From Eutreptiella sp. 'Long Island Sound 2002' (taxonomy: Eukaryota > Protista > Euglenida): 64,000 nucleotides of DNA. Below, piece by piece: positions 36,801-48,000 of this stretch (its first letter is position 1; every line of letters begins with the position of its first letter). Location: NCBI GenBank assembly GCA_964036045.1, contig OZ038379.1:12524001-12588000 (forward strand), in the 5' to 3' direction. The notes beneath the pieces were generated by a model. That model was not told the DNA's origin. It saw only the letters and a list, made by a program, of their open reading frames with translations, and did no database searches. Position numbers and translations under genes: made by a program.

Positions 36801-39684
36801 GGACAAAGAGTTCCATGCGCGCCTTATGAAACTCCTCCCTAAACACAGGATACCCAGCTCATGCAAAGCACAAAGGGGGCAGAGGCTTCAATTAGCACTT
36901 TTCAAATTAGCCCTTTTTGTGGTCCCTTTCCATCCTGAAAAGCTGAACATGCTCTCCCGGCAAGGGTACAAAGTCATCTGCTTGCTTGTGCCCAAGAATT
37001 GTGGCTTCTACAAGCTCACCAATGTGGTATTGCTTGTATACCGCAGGGCGCACCCCACAGTCCTCTTTGCATTGAGACACAAATGTATGCTGTCGGTGCG
37101 CATGGTACCGCTTTCGTAGCAAGGGTGCCCCGCTTCTGACAACTGTCATTGGTCCCTCGTCAACCACAGCCCCAAACTCTGCACCGTGCAGAAAACCCAC
37201 AAGGGCATACCGGCGAAAAACTTGATGTATAGTCGCAACGGTGAAGTGGTATGTTTTTGTGGTGCCCCCCCCCCCCCAAAGGGGGGGAACCGGCCTGACA
37301 AAAGGGGGGGAGATTTCAAGGGGGGGGACCGGAAGTTTGGGGAACATTTGTATCCGCTGGACCTGGGGTGGAGGGCTTATTTGAGTCTTTCTCTAGAGCC
37401 TCAGAACTTGAGACCACTTTCGGATTGTGAGATGGCCTGCATTAAGGGGGGCCTTAAGCGCAGTGCGTGCACACTTGACTATTTGGGCGTTTGGCCGTAC
37501 CCCCCCCCCCCTTGTCCTTCCCCGCCCCTTGTCCTTCCCCAAGGGGGGTGGGGGACCGTCACTTGGTGAACCCCAAAAGGGCCAAGCCACTGCCCAAGGG
37601 TGCTGTCCAAAGCATTCCTGTGGAAAGTGGTGAGCATGTTCAAGAATTCAAGGTCAAATGGAGCAGGACGAAGAAATTCTACACCCAGCGAGTCAAGGAG
37701 AAAATTTCATTACATTGGCAGCCCATGGAGCGCGCGCATGATTTTCATGTTGTTGCATTACTTGCTTTCATTCGTCACCGTGACAAGCTCTGCGCACCAA
37801 CATTTTTTATGCTTTCATTTGTCACCGTGACAAGCTCTGCGCACCAACGTTTTTTATGCTGCGTTATTTCGTCTTCTGCCGCAATTTCTGTGCCCCACAG
37901 TGTGCGTGTACGGTGGTACTACGGTCGGTGGTGGGGGACCGTCACTTGGTGACCGTCCCCCAGGGGGTGGCGGGGGGCCGTCTTTTCTGGGATGGGGAAG
38001 GACGGGGGGGGGGGCGGGTACTAGAAACCCATCCTTTGTGATACTTTGGGCATCAGTGTTGTTTGACGGCAGGCTTTGATGCTGCTTCCACATTGGGGAT
38101 ATGCCATTTTCACCCAGTTTCACCCATTTCCACCACTTTCACACATTTTGTGCTCATTTCCACCACATCCACTCCTTTCTAGGTTTATTTCTCCCCATCA
38201 TGGGTACCCCAAGGAGGCAAGTGTTATGTAGCCATATTGACACATATTTTGTTGGTCCTTTCACTGCTCATGAAACAGGGATTCTAACGAGAAGATGAAG
38301 AGTATGTGGCATGTTAGACATCTTACGTGCGATTTTGATGTTAGCTGTCTGACACAATTGTGTGATATTGTGTTAGTACACAAGTTCAGCTACAAGGGAT
38401 TCCGGCACACACAAGTTTCAGTGGAGTAAAGCCCATCACATTTGGAAGCAACATTTTTCAGTGAAAGAAAACAGAACAAAATTTTCCGTGTCAGGTTGCA
38501 ATTTTTGCACCCCTCGGCTACTTTGTACCCCCAAGGCTCGGGTAGTTGGGGTCGCCTAATTTCAAGGGCGTTTGGAAGGGGTGTGCCTGGGGGCTCTTGG
38601 GGGGAAATCTAGTCTAAAAGTAGCGCGGTGCGCACAGCACAAGGATTCCCCAAAAAAATCATGTCCAGGAGCTAGAGTGGGATACAATACACACCGTATT
38701 GTACAGTACGGTACCAATAAGTTTGTATGGATATCAAGAGACCCTTAATGGTCACTTACAAATGGGGACACATCCGGTGTCAGCTGCTCCATTTGTCATG
38801 CGTTTGCAGCTGAATTCAATAGGTGTCATCCAGACATGTCCCGAAAGTAGCAACATCAACCCAGAGACCACTAGGAAGTAATAGCGCCTATCCATGTTCG
38901 CAACATAACAGCTCCCATCCATTACAGTTTGTGTGGTGTTACCATTGGCAGGTGCTTTACAAAGTGCACATGGTGCAAATATTGCCCCACCTGTCAGATT
39001 GGGCGAAACACAAAGCAGCAATTGTCAAGAGGCCAGCCCTTTGAGCCCCTGTTAGCAGGGGAGCAGAAAAGATGCTCTATGGACTGCCTGCCCCTTGAGC
39101 CCCCTGTCCGGGCGGGGGGGGGGGGGGGGGGCTCCCGCAGCCCAGATGGGCTGTTTGCGCAACAGGAGCGGGAGCCCACCAGGGGCAGACCAGCCGTGAG
39201 GGGGAAAGGGACATATGGTGGACGGTCGGGACAACGCGTGGAGGAGCAGGGCACTTGGGCCTCACGCACACAGAACCACAGCGAGGCAGGTTATGGACAG
39301 CCTGTGGACAGAGGCGTGTGGACAGCAAAAACAGTCAAACGACCCCGGCAACAACTAGCATATCCTCAATACCCCGGGAATCCCTCAGGCATGGCTTACT
39401 CCCGGTAGCTTCCAACCCCCCTCCCGTGGCATCTGCTCCTGATGATATTCCTCAGGGAGGCAGCCCAGGTCACGTTCTGGTTCAACCCAAGTGAGTGATC
39501 GTGGCCGGCAACTGCAACCACCACCATGAACGAAGGCTGTGCCTTGGGCACATCCCCTTAGTCATGTTCCGGGCCTGCTTCCCAGGCCCATCCTATGTGC
39601 CACCCTCCATTGGCTGCCGCACTGTAGCTGGTGGCTGGGCATGGCCCTACTCGAGGCAACGGTGCAGTGTCTGTCGCTCCTCTG

Positions 39685-39709
39685 TTTCCCAGTGTCTATT
39701 TTTTCTTCG
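39685..39709 (+). other. Genomic relic of the euglenid spliced leader, ending 14 nt upstream of the importin ATG
   Basis: TTTCCCAGTGTCTATTTTTTCTTCG compared with the euglenid SL as recalled (TTTCTGAGTGTCTATTTTTTTTCG): exact AGTGTCTATTT core, T-tract and terminal TTCG. Confidence 0.7.
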
Positions 39710-39723
39710 GCAGCAAGGCCCCC

Positions 39724-39870
39724 ATGGATCCCCAAGCGCTGTACCGGACTCTTGAGGGGACGTTTAATATCGACAACAACGTCCGTCAACAAGCAGAAGC
39801 ACAACTGAAGCAGGCGGAATCTCACCCCGGATATTTGGGGATCATTTTCCGAGCAGCTTGTGCTGACCAG
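39724..39870 (+). CDS. Importin-7/8 (Nmd5/SAD2-like) gene, exon 1 (IBN_N domain start)
   Basis: MDPQALYRTLEGTFNIDNNVRQQAEAQLKQAESHPGYLGIIFRAACADQ; 147 nt, phase 0, GT donor at 39871. Confidence 0.85.
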
Positions 39871-41966
39871 GTCCGCAACGGCTCCCCTCTGCAGTGTTTC
39901 TTGGCTCTCCCCGATCGCCTTCCCCTACAGCTCTGCCCCTGCATGAACCCCGCCCCCCACCCACCTACCCATGACCCAGCCACCAGACTTGCTGCTGGTG
40001 CTGTGGCGTGAGTGGGGAGAGCTGAGTGGAACTGAGTCAGACATTCAATGTGTGCGGACCCTACTGAGTGCTGGACAGGCCCCGGGCGAATCCTAGTGAG
40101 TACAGATTGCTGGTCTGGACACTGACAGCAAATGTGCTGCCCAACTCTTGCGCAAGCACGGCCTTGTCGAAGCGCGGCGAGCCGCTCCTGATCGTTGCTT
40201 TTTTGACCGCTAGTTTGCTGGTTGAGGGGAAAAGATGACACGGATGTGAGCCCATGGTAGTGGGGGAGGGGGGCGTCCTGTGCTTAGCCAAGGCTGCTAT
40301 CCCATGATGACACGCGGGTGTTGTGCGGTACACAGGCCCAAACTGAACGTCGACCTGCCGCCGCCCTAATCCACTCCACCTTTGAGCAGAAGTGGGCCGC
40401 ACTCCAAGGCATAGTGCCGCTGAGAGCAGCCACAACTCGTACATGCTAGGCATATCTGGTTCTTGTTGATGCCCCTCTGCATGTTTTTGTGTGGGGGATT
40501 AGTATTCCGGCCGCTCCCGGATCATAACTGCAGAAGATATGCACGCTGCTCCGCGTCATGCCTTTTGTGCTTGAGGTGCAGTTGCTTCGAAGTTTGAGCA
40601 TCGTCTTTTTTCACGCAGCAATTGGTTTCCATGTTGATCAGGCGCTGCAAGGAATGCAAACGGAGCATAGCAGGTTTTCCATGCCGCGACCACCGACTAC
40701 TGCCGCCGTCCGGGCCACCACGGCCGGTTGTGCGTGTCAGGGGACTGCGGGAGGCGGTTGTGGTGTGTGGGTGTATGTGGTGCACAGCAAGCGTAACGAA
40801 ACTCCCTAGCACCAAACTGGGGGCTGGCGATCGTTTGCTGAAAGCAGCCCCCGGAGTTGTGCTGCGTTCTCTATTTCTTCATGAATCAATGGCTGGGATT
40901 GCCTGACGCGGGGGCATTCAGTCTTATCAGAATCAACCAGTTGTGCAGGTGCCTCAGTAGCATCAATGGTGCTCCGCTTTATGGTGCTTCGTTGGGGGTG
41001 TGGACTGCAACGGGACGGAGCAGCTGCCTTTCGAGAACCCCCCCCCCCCCAACCACCACCACCACCCCACCCTTCCAGACCCCCAAACCTGCACCCATGG
41101 GGCAGCAGATTTGTCGCCTGCACAGTGGCACCGTCACGGCTCGCTTCCTGCTTTGCGAGGTTCATGTACCCCCCGTGCAACGACCACCTTGTCCAACGAC
41201 CACCCGCTGGTCCAACAGTGAACCATTGCCGGTCGTTGCGTGAAGGGGGGGCGCGTATTGTGTCTGTCAGAATTTCCCGCTTTTGCCCCCTTCCTTACGG
41301 TGGGCGGGCAACGGTGCTTTGCCCCCACATCTGTTGAGTCAAAAACGCTCAGAATTCCAGTCTTCCAGAAAACACCCAGACCTCTTCACCTCCCCACCTC
41401 ACGCCACGATCGCATACTGCGGACGGGTCCAGCGCGTGGACAGCACAACGCTCGTGCGCGACACCTTCACGTGGTGTATTGTACTCCAGGAACCGGTGAC
41501 CAACGCATTGTCCTGCGATGTGATGTGCGCGGAGCCGTCCGACCGACGTGGAATGCACCCGAAGGACTGATGGCTGACAAGTGCGGGGGATATTCAGTCA
41601 CTCAGCACCGACAACTGAGCAGGGCGCTCCTCTCTCACCCCGTCTTTTCTTTTTTCTTCTTTGTTTGCGCCAAGAAGCGCCCTAAGGAGCGGCCAAAACA
41701 ACTGCTCAACCGGCGTCGGTTGCCATCCAGCCGCCTTCGCATACCCTGCAACTGCCGTCAGAGCTGCCGCCCAAGCGCCCGAAGATGACTGGGCGTATGT
41801 TCAGCCACCCCCCCCCCCCCCCCCCGGCCGCCTTTTAGGGAATTAGGGAGGGCCCAGCCATTGAGCCCCCTCACGCCGCAAGTGTATGGCCCAGAACACC
41901 ACTGAGACGCCCCCAATGCCCCCCCTCTTGCTTCCCCTGTACTTTGCTGGCCCATCGTCACCACAG

Positions 41967-42279
41967 GTCAATGCCGACATCCGTCTGGCTGCCGCCCTCC
42001 GCTTCAACAACAGGCTGCGCAACGAGGACTGCGACGAGGACTGGAAGTCCCCGGTCCAAAAAGATGAGGAGGTGGTGGTGAGGAAGGCGTTGGGCGCCGT
42101 CGTCAAGGCCCCTTCCAAGGTCAGGAGCGTGCTCCTGGAAGGGCTGCAGAGGATCTTGGAGTGCGACTCCCTTTCCTGGGAAGGCCTGGTGACGGAAGTG
42201 ATGCAAGGCCTGAACATGCACAAGATTACCGGGGCCCTGTCCGTACTTCGGGTGCTCTGCAAGCGATTCGAGTACAACA
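41967..42279 (+). CDS. Importin-7/8-like gene, exon 2 (3' end approximate)
   Basis: Acceptor ccacag at 41961-41966 joins in phase 0: VNADIRLAAALRFNN...VRSVLLEGLQRILECD..SWEGLV....ITGALSVLRVLCKRFEY, matching importin-7 IBN_N and first HEAT repeats. Possible GT donor at 42280. Confidence 0.75.
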
Positions 42280-42641
42280 GTGCCGCCCCATTGTCACCCC
42301 AAAATTCCAATTCCAATTCCCTTCCACACCTGACGTCCAACGGCAGCCTACCGCCAATGCCCCCGGGCCCAGTGGCCCACCTGCCCGTGCCCCGCCCCCG
42401 GCGTGCCATCGACGTGCGGCTGGCTCCACCTCCTGCACCGCTGTCTGCGGCGGGAGGCCTTGTGCTGCCGCCCCCCGCACCGCCGGCTGCTGTGCCTGGC
42501 TCGGGCCTCCGAAGCAGCGCTATGCCGGACGGCCGATTGCCAGGTTTCGAGCCCATGCGGGTATGCGCCTCGGCTCTGTGCTGACTGACGATTGGGGGGC
42601 TGTGGCTGGGGTTAGTGCGTACGCTCGGTCTGGGGCTCTAG

Positions 42642-42705
42642 CACGGGCAGATGCTGGCTGGGGCTGGTGAGAGCCTCCATACGTGGCTAGATCTTCTGCT
42701 TTTCG
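42642..42705 (+). CDS. Candidate further importin exon (HGQMLAGAGESLHTWLDLLLF)
   Basis: Only open frame between an AG (42640-41) and the GT at 42706. SLHTWLDLL resembles the NLTEWIEIL / FNAWM.LF segment of importin-7/SAD2. Weak, by-eye similarity. Confidence 0.4.
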
Positions 42706-44706
42706 GTACGTAATCTGCAGCGCCAGGCTGCTTGGGGTTTGGCTGATGACGGGCCGAGGGCGGGCAACAACGCCAACAGTGGAGTGCACCCGAGGGGAGG
42801 GTGGCCCATGGCGATTGGAGGCTATTGGACAGTGGCAGGAGAGCGAACTGCCTTGATTCGGGGAATGACTGTGTCTTGGTGATCAACGGCGTCAGCAGGG
42901 ATCCCATGGCAGTTGGAGGCTGACTGCTCTTGGTTGCAGTTTGTGCCTGGTGCGGTTTGATGGGACTGGGCAGCGGTTTGGATGGCGTTGTTGCATGGGT
43001 TCCGGACACCCATGATGCCCCCCCCCCCCCCCCTGTTGCAGCAGCATTTCCTTGTCTAAGCACACCGATTTATCTCGCTGTTTTCTACCGCAGCTTCTGT
43101 ATTGGCATGCCAGCTTTTTTTTACACAACTTGGCCTCATTCAGTTTTCTGTTCCAAATTGCTCTTGTACTCTTTGCGACTCCCTTTTTGGTGATCCTGAA
43201 TGCACACGACATGGGTGCTGTAAAGCAGCAAGGCAACACGTGGTTATGGTACCATGCCTGCTCCCTGCATGTTTTTGTACTGTATGGTACTGAATTGTAC
43301 GGAAATGTGCACCACGTGCATGGCGCCCTGCATTGAATTGTACTGACACTGCACTATGTATGCCCTGCCCACTTCAAGCTCTCTGAACAGTGCACACTGT
43401 TCCCTGTGCGCATGTCATGTTTTCGGGATTTTGTGGGGGAGATATTAGGCCCCAATTCAGTGCTGTGATGGTGTAGCAGCACCATTTTGAGTATCCTGAA
43501 TCCGTGGTGAATGTATTAGCGAAAAGTGATTTTAATCTGAAAAAAAACCCGGCCCACCTTTCGGTGCACTGTTGACACAGTGGCACCCTCGTAGACTATA
43601 TTTTTGCTCAGTTTTTCGACATTTGCTCAACTGCTTTACACCCGATGCATTGCCTCTTGATCCATTGTGGCGGTGTGTAGTGATGGGAAGGCATGTCGCA
43701 TGGGCATTGATTCACCAAGCAGCAGCAAGCATGTGCCAGATGCTAAAAAGGCAGAACTCAGCAGGGAGGAATGATGCATGACTTGGCTACTTGACTACTT
43801 GACACGTGCAATGGAACCCCACAAACCTTGAGTAAACAAACTCAATGGCAGCCAAAAAGCGGTGCAGCCAGTTGAGGGTTGGAAAGCCTGTCAAAAGCAG
43901 TATTTCTGAAACTGTTTTGGGTCCAGAGACCACCAGGAAATATCAGCATCCATTTGGGGCCCAGTAGGACATATCAGCACCCATCCAGAGACCACCAGGA
44001 AATATCAGCCTCCATCCAGAGGCCTCCAAGAATAACAACATCACACTCCTCACTCCCAAATTTTCCCTTCGTTCCTAGGAGGAGGTCGTTTTGGGAATGT
44101 AGGGCACCTATGCTATGGTGGGTGCCATATGCATCAAAAGCAGCCAAATTGACCGTGTCAGGTCCATTTTCGGCCCACAACGGGACACAAACAGGCCAAT
44201 GATGGTCATCACAGCCAAGAGACATAGCCTTGAACAGCCATCCTTTCAGCTATTCCAAGTGGTCTCCATTCACTTCGTGATGCGAATTGGCAACGCATTT
44301 TGCAACCCCCCATGCCCCTGATCTCAGCATGGGCCAGGGAGCCAGCTCACCTGGGTGACTCAATGCCCTTGGGGCAAGTTGTTGCCCGTGAGGTGAATCA
44401 AAGCTCCTAGTATGCGTCAACACCCCAGCGGTGAGTTAGTGTCCAGGTGTCATCTGTAATCTTGAGATCTCGGGTCTTTCACCTCTAGCAGACAGCACTG
44501 TGCTTGCATGATGCAAACACTGGGTCTCCCCCCCCTCTGGGCAGGCAGTCTGGGGCTTAGTGACGTGAACGGAGCAAAAAGGAAAACAGTGCACAAAGGA
44601 TTGTATTCTCTGGCACCTTTCTCCCAATGCAGCCCCCTCGCGTGTATACTGACAGTCATGCGCACGTTGACGCCCACCTCACGCTTAGGTTTGCCCGCTT
44701 CGCCAG
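42706..44706 (+). other. 2001-nt GT-AG intron-like element, copy 1
   Basis: Starts GTACGT and ends cttcgccAG. Near-identical to 54661-56659; homology extends only 3 nt (TCG) upstream and 2 nt (GA) downstream. Confidence 0.8.
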
Positions 44707-45088
44707 GAACGAACGAGCAATGCATCGAAAAGAGCGGAATCGAGCAAGAGCAAAACGTTGCCGAAGCGTCCCGACAGGCGGAGCAGGGAAGAACAGGTGC
44801 GTTGCTGCGGCGAAGGGTGAGGTTGAGCCTCGGGTTTGCTGGGTACTACGGTACGGACCTCCAGTGCGGTACGTGGGGACAAGGTCCGGGGGCCCGCCAC
44901 ACTACAAGGAAGAGGCTCAAATGGGGGAGAGGCCCCGCCATGATGCTTAAGCCGGTTTCAGGTCCACAGGGAGACCAGCATCCCCCATCGCAGCCCCCTA
45001 AACAGGGGTGTCCCGGGTGGTGAGCCAGTAGGCACCATGGGGAAGGTCATGCGCGCCGGATTGAGCCGCGTCTCCTCCTCTTCCTCCT

Positions 45089-48000
45089 CGTACATTGGGA
45101 CCCTCCCCTTGGGCACTGTACGTATCGTACATTGGGACCCCCCCCTTGGACACTGTCCATATTGTACAGCGGGACCCCCCCCTTGGGCAGGCACTGTACA
45201 TATTGTACAGCGGGACGCCCCCCTTGGGCACTGTACATATGTTACATTGGGACCCTCCCCTTAGGCACTGTACATATCGTACATTGGGACCCCCCCCCTT
45301 GGGCACTGTACATATCGTACATTGGGACCCCCCCCCTTGGGCACTGTAGATATCTTACATTGGGACCCCCCCCCCCCCTTGGGCACTGTACATATCTTAC
45401 ATTGGGACCCTCCCCTTAGGCACTGTACATATCGTACATTGGGACCCCCCCCCTTGGGCACTGTAGATATCTTACATTGGGACCCCCCCCCCCTTGGGCA
45501 CTGTACATATCTTACATTGGGACCCCCCCCCTTGGGCACTGTACATATCGTACATTGGGATCCTCCCCTTGGGCACTGTACATATCGTACATTGGGACCC
45601 CCCCCCCTTGGGCACTGTACATATTGTACATTGGGACCCTCCCCTTGGGCACTGTACATATCGTACGTTTGGACTCTCTCCTTGGGCACTGTACATATGG
45701 TACATTGGGACCCCACCCCTTGGGCACTGTACATATCGTACATTGGGACCCCCCCCCCTTGGGCAATGTACATATTGTACATTGGGACCCTCCTCTTGGG
45801 CACTGTACATATCATACGTGGGGACTCTCCCCTTGGGCAATGTACATATGGTACATTGGGACCCCACCCCTTGGGCACTGTACATATCGTACATTGGGAC
45901 CCCACCCCTTGGGCACTGTACATATCGTACATTGGGACCCCCCCCCCCTTGGGCAATGTACATATTGTCCATTGGGACCCTCATCTTGGGCACTGTACAT
46001 ATCGCGCATTGGGACCCTCTATCCTCCCCTTGGGCACTGTACATATCATACATTGGGACCCTGCCCCTTTGGCAGTGTACATATTGTACATTGGGACCCT
46101 CCCCTTGGGCACTGTACATATCGTACATTGGGACCGTCCACTTGGGCAATGTACATATCGTACATTGGGACCCTCCCCCTTGGGCACTGTACATATCGTA
46201 CATTGGGACCCTCCCCTTGGGCAATGTACATATTGTACATTGGGACCCCCCCGCCTTGGGCGCTATACATATCGTACATCGGGAGCCCCTCCTTGGGTAT
46301 TGTACATATCGTACATTGGGACCCTCCCCTTGGGCACTGTATATATATCGCACATTGGGACCCCCCCCTTGGGCACCGTACATATCGTACATTCGGACCC
46401 CCCCCCCCTTGGGCACTGTACATATCGTACATTGGGACCCCCCCCTTGGGCACCGTACACATCGTACATTCGGACCCCCCCCTTTGGGCACTGTACATAT
46501 CGTACATTGGGACCCCCCCCTTGGACACTGTACATATCGTACATTGGGACCCCCCCCCTTGGGCACTGTACATATCGTACATTGGGACCCCCCCTTTCGT
46601 GCACTGTACATATCGTACATGCCCGCCCCCCCTTGGGCGCTGTACATATCGTACATTTGCACCCTCCCCTTCGGCACTGTACATATCTTACATTGGGACC
46701 CCCCCTTTGGGCACTGTACATGTCATACATTGGGACCCCCGCCCTTGGGCACTGTACATATCGTACATTGGGACCCTCCCCTTGAGAATTGTACGTATTG
46801 TACATTGGGACCCCCCCTTTTGTGCGCTGTACATATTGTACATGCCCCCCTCCCCTTGGGCGCTGTACATATCGTACATTGGGACCCTCCCCTTGGGCAC
46901 TGTACATGTCATACATTGGGATCCCCCCTTGGGCACTGTACATATTGTACATTGGGACCCTTCCCCTTGGGCACTGTACATATCGTACATTGGGACCCCC
47001 CCCCTTGGGCACTGTAGATATTGTACATTGGGACCCTCCCCTTGGGCACTGTACATATGGTACATTAGGACCCCCCTTTTTCGGCACTGTACATATGGTA
47101 CATGCCCCCCTCCCTTGGGCGCTGTACATATCCTACATTGGGACCCTCCCTTTGCGCACTGTACATGTCATACATCGGGACCGTCCCCTTGGGCACTGTA
47201 CATATTGTACATTGGGACCCTCCCCTCAGGCACTGTACATATCGTACATTGGGAACCCACCCCTTGGGCACTGTACGCATTGTGCATCAGGAATCTCCCC
47301 CTTTGGCAGTGTACATGTCGTACGTAGGGAAACCCCCCCTTGGGCACTGTACATATCGTACATTGGGACCCTCCCCTTGCGAGATGTACACATTGTACAT
47401 TGGGACCCTCCCCCTTGGCTATTGTACGTATCGTACATTGGGACCCCCCCCTTGGGCACTGTACATATCGTACATTGGGACCCCCCCTTTTGGGCACTGT
47501 ACATATTGTACATGCCCCGCCCCCGTTGGGCATTGTACATACCGTACATTGGGACCCTCCCCTTGGGCACTGTACATATTGTACACCCGGACGCCACACC
47601 TTGGGCACTGTACATATCGTACATTGCCCCCCCCCCTTTTGCGCACTGTACATATCGTACATTGGGACCCCCCCCCCCCCCCCTAATGGGCACTGTACAT
47701 ATTGTACATTGGGACCCTTGCCCTGTTGGGCACTGTACATATCGTACATTGGGACCCCCCCTTTTGGGCACTGTACATATCGTACATTGGAACTCTCCCC
47801 TTGGGCACTGTACATATCGTACATTGGGACCCCCCCCCCCTTGGGCACTGTACATATCGTACATTGGGACCCTTGCCCTGTTGGGCACTGTACATATCGT
47901 ACATTGGAACTCTCCCCTTGGGCACTGTACATATCGTACATTGGGACCCCCCCCCCCTTGGGCACTGTACATATCGTACATTGGGACCCCCCCCCCTTGG

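Noticed and set aside
38752-39021. Harbinger-like GAADTGCVPI on the minus strand
   Set aside because: Only a loose resemblance to GAIDGTHIPI; no other DDE motifs seen.
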